Assembly (NCBI GenBank): GCA_002633005.1
Contig: NMRA01000110.1
Location: forward strand, 556,623-620,622
From: Phoronis australis
Lineage: Eukaryota; Animalia; Phoronida
Direction: 5' to 3'
DNA: 64,000 bases
The translations under genes and the position numbers were made by a program. Of this stretch, positions 1-12,313 are shown in pieces. The notes beneath the pieces are model-generated. The model did not search any database and was not told where the DNA came from. It saw nothing but the letters and a program-made list of their open reading frames with translations. Every line of letters starts with the position of its first letter. Position 1 is the first letter of the stretch.

Positions 1-3000
1 GAGCAGAAGAGGAAGCAGTACAGCAAGATGAAGGTAGGGGGCGCTGTAGTTGTAAAGTCATCTGACTGAAATAGTGTCTGAAATCTTTTAGAATTACAAT
101 GTGCTTTACTGTGCTTGAACATTTTTGTGTCATTTGTTGAATGTTGAAATCATCAACTCCTGGATTTTACTGAAGTCTAGCTGTGCATTCTGGTTTGTTG
201 TAGGAGAGATGTTATTTGTTGAATGTTTTCTGATTTACAACTTAATGCATTTTGTATTCAGGAAAAAATGGAAGCTAAGAGGTTAGCAAAGGAGCAGAAG
301 ATGTATGAAGAGCACGCTGCTGCAGCCATTGTGCAACTGGCCAAGAAGAACCAAGAGGACATGGCAGAGAAGTCTGAACTGGAGAAGACAAGGCAAGGTA
401 ACATGATGGCGGAGAGGTTAGCAGCCAGACGGGAGGCGCGAAGGAGACAGGCGGAGAAGGAAAAGGAGGCAGCGACACGCCTCAGTTCTGCAAGTAGTAA
501 CGCCTCACTTCCAGTAAGTTCGAGTTAAAGTTACTGTCAGGTCTTGATTTGAAAAACTTGCTATGTATCACTGAGTTTGCAAAGCAGTATTATTATTAAT
601 TTTCCAAATCTTTTACTTCAGTTTGCGCTAACTTTTCGCTTGAAAAAAATGTGATTGAGGAAGTTGATGTAAGCACTGCTTTAGTCGGACCGTGGCATAG
701 GATGGCACAGCAAATCTTTTTCTGAAATAGATGTTTGTGAATTTGTTTTCTGTTAAATGTTCATTACCAAAAGCTTGAAATAGTCAAACATGCGAAACCT
801 ACCAACTCCAGTTGGTATAAATATTAAGTAATTGATCGTTTCTCATTGCAGCCTGGTCTTGGCTTGAAGCGGGAGAAGACTGTAGTCGATGTATCCATGT
901 CCGATGAACAAAAGTACGACCTGAGCGCTCGGCTGGTGAAGCAGCAGCAAGCGGCTCAGAAGAGGCTCCAAGAACAACTCAATAGCCAGAGTGACCGGGT
1001 GAGTGGACATCGGCTGACTGTATTGTTGGACAGTCTTGGTGTATAGCACTTGACTTTTTGCTTTAATTTTTTCTTCTGTCAGTTCCTGTTTTTAGAATCA
1101 TTGCGAAAAGAAGGCTAGTCTCCTGACTTGGTTGAGTGGCTGTTGACAGCTGATTTCTATAGCAAAGACCACGGTGGTTTCAGTGTTGCATTGTCAGTGT
1201 TGAAGACATCAAGAATAACATCTCTTTCTTTTGAGGCCATGTATACTTTCAGCTTTTTCTCCTCATTAGCATGGCAATTTTTTAAAAAATTTAATTATCG
1301 CAGGACTTTCTGAAATGCATATCGACTCTGTGGTGAAACTATATGTTAGAGATTTCATGCTGTTTGTATTCCTTGTGTTCTGTGGCTCTGTTCACTATTT
1401 TAATATTTGTACAGCGCATGTCTTTACCTTGGCTTGTCTATGAAAAGTTATTACAGTCGTGACTGCCACTGTTCTTAGTAATAAATGCAATTAATAGGAA
1501 GTGAACCTTCGCTAAAATGACTGATGAATATTTTGCTGCAATTGCTAAAACATAGCTTTAGTGTAGCACTACAGAACAGACAAAAATGTGTTAGTTGTAT
1601 GATATACATGACTTTATGTGTTAGTTGTACGATATGCATGACTTTATGTGTTAGTTGTACGATATACATGACTTTATGTGTTAGTTGTACGATATGCATG
1701 ACTTTATATGTTAGCTGTACGATATGCATGACTTTATGTGTTAGCTGTACGATATACACGACTTTATGTGTTAGTTGTACGATATGCATGACTTTATGTG
1801 TTAGTTGTACGATATACATGACATTATTTGATTGCTGATGTCTTTGTTCCAGCTTCAAGATAAGCTTGAGAAGAAGAAGGGTCGACGTACGTCGGAGGCG
1901 GCTGCTTTACTCAGTCTGGGTGAGAGACAGAAGACTATCTTACAGAAATCACAGCAGGTGAGAGAAGAATGAATCATGGTGTGAACCTATAGGCAGGCAG
2001 TGTTGAATATTCATGGTGATGGTGACCATGGCAACAGTGATGTCATCAGTTATGGTGATGATGATTTTGATGATAATTACAGCGACCACAATAGCAGTGA
2101 TTGCGCATACATTAGTAAATTTTTTGTTTGTGTAGATTGTGTAATTGTGCAATTTTCTTGTTCGGCAATTATTGATATTTTTATTAAAATGCGATACAAT
2201 GAGTACCAAAATATTACCCTGTAAGGTCTGATTTTATGTGTCATAAGTAAATGTTTCTACTGGTCATTTAGGATGAGGAAGAAAGACAGCGTAATCTCAT
2301 CAAAGAGCGTGTGCAGCGTGTTCGGTTCGAACGAACAAAGACTGTCAAGTTAGAGTCTGACAAGAAGGCGAAACAGTTTGAGGAGTTGATAGATCAGGAC
2401 AAGAGTGCCAACCTGTCACAGGATGACAAGATGAACCTTGCCGCCCAACGCATGATGGAGAGATTTAAACAGGAAGAAAATGACGTAAATTCGGAGAAAA
2501 AGAAGATGGTGAGTTGAAGTTGTCTTACATCTCAGGCACAATAGGTTATCTGACTATTTTATTAACACTTTTTCTCGTAGCCCTGGATATATTTTGTAGG
2601 AAACACAACTTACTGTTATTATTTTCTTCTGCTTCTTGAAGGTCAAAAAACAATTTCTTTGACATTATGTCAGCCAACTCATTAGGATTTGTTTGGTGGC
2701 CTTTAAAAATAGAAATATCCTTGTTAACATTCTACTGTGTCATAATTGACTGTATTCACACTAGTGATGATAGACAGAAATAACTTGTGGAAGTATCTGT
2801 AAAAAGAATGTTTTTGTCTTCAACATTTGCAGTTGCAATATTTACAAGGAAGCTATTGTCATTTGCAAGTTTTGCAACAAAGATATCTTCATTTACAATA
2901 TTTGCTGCAAAGATATTTTCATTTGCAATATTTGCCAAAAGGTTTTTTGTTTGCAATATTTACAAGAAAGCTTTCTTCATGACTATTGTGCAGTATTTGC

Positions 3001-6000
3001 CAAAAATTATTTTTTCTTGCAATATTTACAAGAAAGCTTTCTTCATGCAATATTTACAGCAAAGATATTTTCTCTTTCAATTTTTGCAAAAAAAGATATT
3101 CTCATTTGCAATATTTGCCACAAAGATATTTTCACTTGCAACATGTGTAACAAAGATATGTTCATTTGCAACGTTTCCTCTACAGGATGAGTCAAGTGAT
3201 GAGGAGGTAGAGATTGTGGCGGACTTGATAGATGTGTGAACTTTGACCTATTGGTCTCTCTGTTAACTCATTACTCACACTGGTTTTAAGAGCAAGATTT
3301 CTCAAATGCTTTACCAGAACTGCCAGTCTTCCACACTCAGAGTCCACACGGTGGCTCTCATTACCAGAACTACCAGTCTTCCACACCCAGAGTCCACACG
3401 GTGACTCTCATTACCAGAACTACCAGTCTTCCACACCCAGAGTCCACACGGTGGCTCTCATTACCAGAACTACCAGTCTTCCACACCCAGAGTCCACACG
3501 GTGGCTCTCATTACCAGAACTACCAGTCTTCCACACCCAGAGTCCACACGGTGGCTCTCATTACCAGAACTACCAGTCTTCCACACCCAGAGTCCACACG
3601 GTGGCTCTCATTACCAGAACTACCAGTCTTCCACACCCAGAGTCCACACGGTGGCTCTCATTACCAGAACTACCAGTCTTCCACACCCAGAGTCCACACG
3701 GTGGCTCTCATTACCAGAACTACCAGTCTTCCACACCCAGAGTCCACACGGTGGCTCTCATTACCAGAACTACCAGTCTTCCACACCCAGAGTCCACACG
3801 GTGGCTCTCATTACCAGAACTACCAGTCTTCCACACCCAGAGTCCACACGGTGGCTCTCATTACCAGAACTACCAGTCTTCCACACCCAGAGTCCACACG
3901 GTGGCTCTCATTACCAGAACTACCAGTCTTCCACACCCAGAGTCCACACGGTGGCTCTCATTACCAGAACTACCAGTCTTCCACACCCAGAGTCCACACG
4001 GTGGCTCTCATTACCAGAACTACCAGTCTTCCACACCCAGAGTCCACACGGTGGCTCTCATTACCAGAACTACCAGTCTTCCACACCCAGAGTCCACACG
4101 GTGGCTCTCATTACCAGAACTACCAGTCTTCCACACCCAGAGTCCACACGGTGGCTCTCATTACCAGAACTACCAGTCTTCCACACCCAGAGTCCACACG
4201 GTGGCTCTCATTACCAGAACTACCAGTCTTCCACACCCAGAGTCCACACGGTGGCTCTCATTACCAGAACTACCAGTCTTCCACACCCAGAGTCCACACG
4301 GTGGCTCTCATTACCAGAACTACCAGTCTTCCACACCCAGAGTCCACACGGTGGCTCTCATTACCAGAACTACCAGTCTTCCACACCCAGAGTCCACACG
4401 GTGGCTCTCATTACCAGAACTACCAGTCTTCCACACCCAGAGTCCACACGGTGGCTCTCATTACCAGAACTACCAGTCTTCCACACCCAGAGTCCACACG
4501 GTGGCTCTCATTACCAGAACTACCAGTCTTCCACACCCAGAGTCCACACGGTGGCTCTCATTACCAGAACTACCAGTCTTCCACACCCAGAGTCCACACG
4601 GTGGCTCTCATTACCAGAACTACCAGTCTTCCACNCATGTCTTCTCGTCCTATCTGCAGCTTGTTCAGTGTATACGTTGACTATGCACTTCATGTTCGTA
4701 ACATGTTATGTTGATAACGAGATTTCAGCTGGCATTGTTATCTTCCTCAGGTACTTTTCAGCATCAGTGAGGTATATCTCATGGCTTGTTGTTCAGCACG
4801 ATTATGCACAGTTTATGCGCCCACAGTCTAAACAATTTATGTGAATATCAACTGTTTTAGATCCCATGAATTAGGACAGGCTCACTCTATGCAAAGTGCT
4901 ATGTGAGTCTTTTACACTTCAATTTATGGTAATCACATTTAATTGCTAAAACACGCCATAAAAGGACCCAACAACATATCGCAACATTAACGTGGGCGCA
5001 TAGCAACACTTCAAATGCACCAAGCTTCTTTTTCGCCTGATGATACCATTAATCTGCATACATTAATTTTTGTTTAAATCTGACCCTCTGGTAACATAAA
5101 ATCACCCTTATGCTGTGTGCCAACAGGTGTCATGGTGGTATGTCGTCTGCTCTATTCATAAGGTTGTCCTTGCCCTGGCTTGTTATCATTTCCAAAGACT
5201 TAGTCTCAATAAATGTTCAGATATTGATGTCATTTTCTAAAGTCTGCAAACTTTGCTATTTCATAGTACACTAAACTGAAATAAGCATTTCAACAAAAAC
5301 TATTTTCTTCAAACCTTGCTTTGCACAGTATCTGCAATTTTCATGCTGAGGAAAAATTTGCTTTGGATTTGGATCTCTAAACTCTGAATTTTCACAATAA
5401 ACCTTGGTTTTGCTTTTGCCACCGACAAAATCTGCTTTTTCACCGGTTTTGCTTTTTACATTTTTGCAAATTACTTGTTTCTGATTAATAAGTAATTATT
5501 TCAAAAGTGTGGATGATTGTGTAACTGATAACATGAGTTGTTGCTCAGTGTTCACCTGGGCCAGCGTTTAAGTTCATGTGTTTGATACTGGGTGAGCTAA
5601 CGTGTTACAGTGTAGAATATCTAACAGTCTGGTGAGTTGTACCTGCCCCTGTCTTTAAGCTGAAATAGTGAATGACATGAGGTGGCTGGATGTCAGGTTT
5701 CTGACAAAACTTAGAATAAGAACCCAAACACAACAATTCTGCCAATTGAAACCAGTCCTGATCCCGTGGCTTGGCTGGAAATTTGTTGATAAAATATTAC
5801 TCTCGTTTTATTGTAATTATTTTTTATTGATATTAATTTGTTAATAATTTAATTTTTTGTTGTTTTTTGTTCAGATGTTTTCCGTTGTTCAAAATGAAGT
5901 ATGAGGTTAGCCAACAGATCTGATGATCGATACTATAGACATAATGTTATGTTCAAAGTATTTTAATCTTAGGATAACCAGTGAGTCAAGCCATCAATAC

Positions 6001-9000
6001 AAGTCATAAAGCAGTCCATGGTCACTGGTCAATATTTAACTATTGCTTAATAGCACAATTTATTGTGTAATAATTACTTGCGACTCATTCTCCAATCATA
6101 ATACATACTTCTCATGAAGTCATTCTGGTTTGTTCACTTTGCGTGACTAGCGTCATTCAGTGAACAATTAAAGTACGATAAATTTTTTTGTTTGTGCATT
6201 TGCGAAAAATTAGTTGTTTGTATGTTAAACCCATTTGGCCTTTGGATGGTCATTATATAAGGAGTTGGTCCGATTGGGTAAGTGCATTGACGCAGATTCA
6301 AAAGCAGCGTCCAAAGTGTCTACAGGTGAGCTCAGGTAGATACATGCTAGTGTTGCGTGTGGCCTGGCGTGGCACATGTGAACACCCAAGTGCATGTGTC
6401 CATAAATAGTTTGTTACACTCTGTTGTTCTGTAATCATGCATGCTTTTAAACACTGAATGTGTTTACAACTCTGTTCCATTGAATATCAGTTTACGACGA
6501 ATTCTTCCGTACAGGGTCCAAGACTGCCAACATAAAACTCAACTAGAAAATTGGCCGTGTAATCCCGTAGCCCCTTATAGTGTATACTTTCTGGCTTAAT
6601 GTGATGTTTTTGAGCTGAATCTCCTGCGATGTTTTTTTATCTCATGGCCCCAGGTGTCTACTTCATGAAAAGTGTGAGGTAGAAATTTGATCTTGGGCTC
6701 CACATAAGTATTTCAGAAATATCACACCAGAGCCAAAGTGCAGAATTTCTGAGAAAGTACACATTTCTACTAGTTGCAGAGATACTTTCTATAAATTGTT
6801 TCTAGATTGGAATGTGTTCATAATTGTTTGGCTAAACCTTTATCCAGCAATTACGAAGTGGGAATGTAAGATTAAATTTCTGTGTAAGTCGCCACTTTGT
6901 TCATGAAACTGACCTCTGGTGGTTGTTTTCGAAACTGCTTTGGTTATTATTTATTCACTCATTACTTCAGCTGAATTTTAAAACCCCATGCAGTGTTTAG
7001 TCTTTGAAAACCATGATTGTTTTTGGGTTCTGTGAAACCTTTTGTTTTGGTTCTTACCGGAAATAAGCTTTTTGAATTACACACATGGCCCCAGTGGAGG
7101 TCATTGATCTGCGCATTGCTTACTACAAATGTCAAATTTGATTTATGCGACTTCAAGTCGACCATCATGAACACTGCATCATGGGATTGGAAAGTGTGTG
7201 ACTACTCTTTGGTTAGTCACACTTTTGGTGTAATTTGTTATTGTCAGTTTTTATACTTTTTGCTGTTGTTTATAATCCATTCATACTTATATTACTGTTG
7301 TTACTGTCACTGTTATTTTAGGATGACTAACCTGACAAGTCGTAAGTGATATCAGAATCCCTCTTGTGTGATAAGTGTGTCCTTAAATTTGTGGCACCTG
7401 TCTATTTTTATGCACCCACGTAATGTGTGTGCATATTGCCATCATCTCTGTCTCGACATCCGCTGCGTGATTTTAATGCGATTTGGCAGATGTTTCTCTA
7501 TGAAACTGGCCAGAGGTGACGACAATGCATTTTGACATGTACCTGTACAGTCTATTCTCCACTTGTGTCACCTGATTGAATAATGTGACCTTTTGCCTTG
7601 AGAATGGTTTATAGTGAATAAACCGAAATGTCGGATCAATATGTCTTCTGTGTCCCTGTTCTGTTCCGCTTAGTGGCCATTTTTATTATTTTGAATCCAT
7701 TTTTGGTCTTTGTGCATCCACCTCTCTGTCCGCCAAACTGGTCAAGGAAGGTGATGAAAATTAGTATAATTTGTTTCTGCTGAGTAGACCATGGGTATCA
7801 TTGATTTTTTGAACAGATCTGATTACTATGGTGTCCCCTAGTTTCAATTTTATTTTGCGTCCACGACTATCTCCTTAACTATTTGCAGGGTCTTTGTGAA
7901 ATTTGGCAAATTCTTTTTAATGAATGTTGTAACAGATGACTACGACTTTTAGATCAGTCTGACTAATGTGCCCCCTAGTGGTAATTTTATTTTTTTCTAT
8001 TTTTTCTATTTGCCTTCGTATGTTTGGAATTCCTCGACGGATTTTCCTGAAATTCATCAAAAAGGTTTCTGTTTATGGCCTTTTTGTTTTCAGACAGATT
8101 TTGCCACTTTATAAAAATTTGTTCCATATTGGAAATCAGTTTCCTATTAAGGAGATGTTGATGCTTTCTTATTTTTGGGATATAGTTGATGTATTCTGCA
8201 CCACCTAGTGGCCATTTTTATGAGTCAGAACAAACACTCCAAGAAACAAACCATGCAGTTGTGGGTGACTTTCAACACTTAGTGTTGCTCTTGTTTACAC
8301 TGTTATGGGTTTCTGTCAGTCTAGTCTTACACTGTTATCAGTTACTGTCAGTCTTGTCTTATTTGGAGTGTTTGATTGACAGTTGTGAGTAAATCTAAAA
8401 GTGTGTGGTTGATGTTGATTTTTATATAAACTGGGTACACAATAGGGTGTCTCATGATCACAAGTTTGGACTCATTTTGAAAATTTATGCGTATAATTAA
8501 TACTCAGAATGGACTCCGACTGTTTCTTTGAGTGGGTGTAGGATTCAGATAATACGTTGGACACTTTTGTGCCCTTCACAGGTGTAAAGGGTGATGCCAG
8601 GATGATGGCGTGTTGTGAAGGGTGGGTACATGCTCCATAAGAGGGGCAACATACTTGGTGTGCTTGAGGTGATATGAGGGTAATCAGTGTAATGAGGGGT
8701 GGGAACACCGGGTCATAACATGGATGGCACACCTGGGCCCAGTCTCGAATCTTTTTACTTGAAATGGAACTTGAAATTATGTTTGGCTTATTTTACTCTA
8801 CTTTAGTGCGAATTCAAGAGAAGCGTCTATTACTCTATGTTCGAGTACATAATGACCTACGTGGATAATTTATTAGTCCTAGTATGCAGGTGATAAGGTA
8901 AAAGTTCGAGTTTGAACTCGAAATTTCAAGTTTTTTCTCGAGTTTGTAGCACGAATGTAAGGGTCTTCTAGTGCAATTTTGGACTAGAAACTCATATGCA

Positions 9001-11112
9001 TAAGCTATAATTATTCGAGCACAGTCTGATAAGCACTTATATTGAGTTCGCACAAAAGGAGCAGAGAAATTGCCAAAAATAATTTCGAGTCCATTTCGAG
9101 TACAAAGATAAGAGACCGGGCCCTGGTGTGGTCGAGGTGTGCTAGGGGGAGAGGCTGTAGTGAGGGGTGGGAAAACGGGTCACAACAGGGACAGCATTCC
9201 TGGTGTGGTCGAGGCAGGCAAAAGTAGAAAGGGGAAGACACGCTAATTCTCGTCTTCACCTTGTTCAGTAATGGCTGACCTCATAAAATTCAGATTTCAA
9301 AGCCGAAATACACCTGCCATCCATTACAAAACTTTTGATGCCTTTTATTGTTATGAAACTGTTTTAAGCCAAACACTTGCATTTGTCATTGGGAGACTGT
9401 TGTGTGACTTCCAACATGGTTAAAAGGGTGTAAATATTATGTGTTTTTCCGTGCGCAACTCCTTTCAATCTCTCTTAGAATTTGAGTGTACCTTTTCAAT
9501 ATCCAATAGAACTTATTCACTGTGCACATTCTACACTGTTGGTATGTGTTGGTGTTGGTTTTGGTGTTAGCAAACGAGCAGTATATGAAGTAATACAGTG
9601 ACATGTCACTAGGTAGCTAAGCCATCACTTTTTTCAAAGGTGCATTGTGTGACCCTAGGTGGGGGTGGGGGGCACACTGGAACAACCTCTTTTTTATAGA
9701 GCGGACACAGAAAAAGGACTAATTTGTTGACAGATTCCATGGAAATTTTTGAAGAGACATGTTCTTGTAACGTCAGCCTTAAAAACTTGTTTATGTCTCC
9801 AAAAGCGCCCCCTTTTGTGTGGAATCAAATTCATAGGTAAGCTGATCGTAGAAAGGTCATTTTATAGGTGTATACAAAGTGCACCTTTCATGGGACCCCA
9901 TTCCCCACAGGGCCTTACTTTTCTTATAGTTGTGCTGTGACTCCAAGGAGTCTGCATACAACTCCTTTCGTCAGCTCTTTATTGAGAATCACGGGAGGAC
10001 CCATCAGATGTTCTACCGTTCACCTGGAATTCCTTTGCTATTCATGAGAGTACTCCCATATGCTCTCCCTGTCACCCTTCCTTTCATTGCTATTCATGAG
10101 AGTCTCCTGCCCCCAATATACTTTTCATTTCAACAATCCATTTAATGCTATGCTGTCAATGACAAAGTGACAACTGTTAGTACTTTATGTTTATTTTCCC
10201 TGTGTGTATTTAGCTATAAGTGAGATGTAGCCTGACAACTGTGAATAGACTCCAAGAGTGTACATTTTTACCTTATCCTAACTATTGAACAGTCTCTCTA
10301 TTGATTCTCTTTATAGTCACTATACAGCTGAGTGTTAAGTGAGAAGAGTAATTGATGTATACAATTTCTCTCTGCTGTAATTTCTCAGTCGTAAAATGTA
10401 TGTTCACAATAAACCTGTAGGTGACCTCTGTTATGTAAATTGAGGTTAATAATTGTTACCAGAGTTACCGTCATCGCAATTCTTACTCGTTTTTAGTTTT
10501 CTTTGACAAACCAAAGCCCAAATAATCTCTGTAGATGTTGTGAAATGAAATGAATTGTTCGATTAAAGTGTGTCATGAAACTTATTACATTGATGTATAT
10601 TTCAAGTTATCCAGTAAATGATCACCGTGGCAACTGCTAGTTTTAGTATAGTCAAATTTGAAAGTCTGCTTTAATTTCAACCTTCAGACAGCTGAGTGAA
10701 GACAACTGTCAGTAACCAGCAAATGACAGTAAGTTGTCTTCACTCACCTGTGTGAGCAGGTTAACCTATGATAATCAGGTGAACCATGTGAGACATCTTA
10801 TCACTGCTGGTGCACTGGCATCAGATTGTTTTAACTAATTGTGTGATTGTTATCAGACAACGGAGAATGTTCTATTGAGAGAACTTCTTTTGCATTTGAT
10901 GGTAAATCCTGTTTTTCATTCTCCTGTTGCAGGCGCCAGGATCTGGAGAAGATGAGACTGACTCGGTGGATGCAGCTGCACCGATCAGCCGACCTACCAC
11001 AGCTAGCAGACGTCTGAACGACAAAGATAAACTTCAGATCCTTAAAGAACGACGTCTACAACGGAAAAAGCAGAAAAAGCAAGAGACTAATGATCAAGAT
11101 GATTTGGTTTGA
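1..11112 (+). CDS. 3' portion of an uncharacterised E/K/Q/R-rich coiled-coil protein gene (5' end lies outside the window)
   Basis: GT-AG exons that splice in frame, all phase 0: 1-33 (EQKRKQYSKMK), 262-513, 852-998, 1853-1957, 2272-2508 and terminal exon 10933-11112 (APGSGEDETD...QDDLV*). AATAAA at 12338 and 12561. No domain recognised. Confidence 0.8.
1587..1822. repeat. 30-bp intronic minisatellite, about 8 copies
   Basis: Unit tgtgttagttgtacgatatgcatgacttta, visible directly. Confidence 0.95.
2810..3175. repeat. Degenerate ~30-bp tandem repeat
   Basis: Recurrent atttgcaatatttgc..caaagatattttc units. Confidence 0.8.
3186..3239 (+). CDS. Candidate alternative terminal exon or 21-nt micro-exon (DESSDEE[VEIVADLIDV*]) of the coiled-coil gene
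   Basis: Acceptor tttcctctacag at 3185, phase 0 in frame with exon 2272-2508. Acidic peptide; weak gtagag donor after 3206, or stop at 3237-3239. Confidence 0.45.
   Translation, partial: DESSDEEVEIVADLIDV
3311..4634. repeat. 50-bp minisatellite, about 26.5 near-identical copies, truncated by N at 4635
   Basis: Unit ttaccagaactaccagtcttccacacccagagtccacacggtggctctca. It accounts for the three 400+ aa ORFs. Confidence 0.97.
7405..8295 (+). mobile_element. Non-autonomous Helentron (HINE/DINE-1-like), older decayed copy
   Basis: 5' sub-TIR atgcacccac (7410), 3' gtgggtg (8261), 3' hairpin caacac-tta-gtgttg followed by ctcttgtt. Internal ~150-bp repeats are homologous to the copy at 30047-31321. 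Confidence 0.65.
8736..9122. mobile_element. PIF/Harbinger-like MITE
   Basis: ~85-bp imperfect TIRs (ggcccagtctc... / ...gagaccgggcc) and 3-bp CTG TSD (8733-35, 9123-25). Inserted into a degenerate tandem repeat. Confidence 0.7.
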
Positions 11113-11346
11113 GTAAAGTACCATTGAAAACTTAACATGTTTTTGAAAAGTTCATGGTTCTTGGTAATTTCTATGTTAAAAGATGATATACATTTCACAG
11201 TGATGTTGATTCTTTGCATGTACTCTAGCGAATGAAGTCAAGTGATTGACCGTTGACCTCTCCTCTGTTTCCTTTGAGAAATGATTGTTGGCACAATGTA
11301 TGCTATGGCATATGTATTAAATGTTGCTTTATTTGTGATGCAATTT

Positions 11347-11487
11347 CATGGGTGGCGCAGCACTGAAAAAAGTGGGGGCTAAAGCCCCCTCAGCCCCCTG
11401 GGATGCACCGCCTATAGACCATGTGTGGCGTAGCACTGAAAAAAGTGGGGTATAGCCCTCCCAGCCCCCTATGGTGCGCCGCCCATG
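11347..11487. mobile_element. 141-bp MITE built from two ~70-bp units
   Basis: 16-bp TIR catgggtggcgcagca / tggtgcgccgcccatg (14/16 match), flanked by direct repeat aattt. Confidence 0.6.
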
Positions 11488-12186
11488 AATTTTCCAGTTT
11501 ACTCAAAAGAATGTATTAACCACCTATTTCTTACTTTTTCTGATATCCAACCATATTTTTCAAAAAGAATTTGACAAGCCTTTTCAAAATTCTGGGAAGT
11601 TGTGACAAGTCAGGAAAGAAATAAAGCCTACCAAAAGTTATGCAAAATCATCAGAGAATAAACTGAAACTTTTTTCCAAAATATGCTTCAATTTTTCAGT
11701 GAAAATATTTTTGTCAACTTTTTTGAAAACTTTCGTAACTGTTTATTAAGTGTAAATTGTTACAAGCTATCTTGAGGGTAAATCCTTTCATGAAGTATTA
11801 TACATAAACAAACTTTTGATTGCTTGTTACATGTTTATGAACTGTTAGATATTCACATGAAACAGACTGAGATCTGGTTGTTATGTGTCTGAACAATATC
11901 ACCGTTAATGAAATGACAAGGTGCGTTGTTTCTTTATGACCTGCCTTAGTAATTGCAATGCTCTTTTATTTTTCATGAACTAATTTCCTATGTGTTTAAG
12001 ATCGGTTGATTTCCATGACTAATTCAAATGTATGTACCTGTTTTTATTACAGTTAAATGACTTGTGATGTTGCATATTATAATTCAGATCTTGTAATGAT
12101 TTTGCTGGACGAAATCTTTACAGCATGGTTGCACTTAATTCACTCTCTGTATTTATGCCAGGTCTGCATTTGCTTGGTTCTTAATG

Positions 12187-12313
12187 ACAACTTCAGGCTT
12201 GTGAACCAATCAGACGTCATCTCTAGTTACAACTTGAGGCTCATAAACCAATCAGACGTCATCTCCAGTTACAACGTGAGGCTCATAAACCAATCAGACG
12301 TCATCTCCAGTTA
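12187..12313. repeat. 42-bp tandem repeat, 3 copies
   Basis: aaccaatcagacgtcatctc at 12204, 12246 and 12288. Confidence 0.9.

Noticed and set aside
1475-1858. Repetitive ORFs on both strands
   Set aside because: Translations of the 30-bp intronic minisatellite.
3311-4844. Three 409-447 aa ORFs / CRISPR-like periodicity
   Set aside because: Pure 50-bp tandem repeat with no unique spacers and no cas genes in a eukaryotic context; the ORFs are by-products of the repeat.
10688-10730. Possible small exon (ttcag...gtaagt) before the terminal exon
   Set aside because: Stop codons in every frame from the available acceptors.
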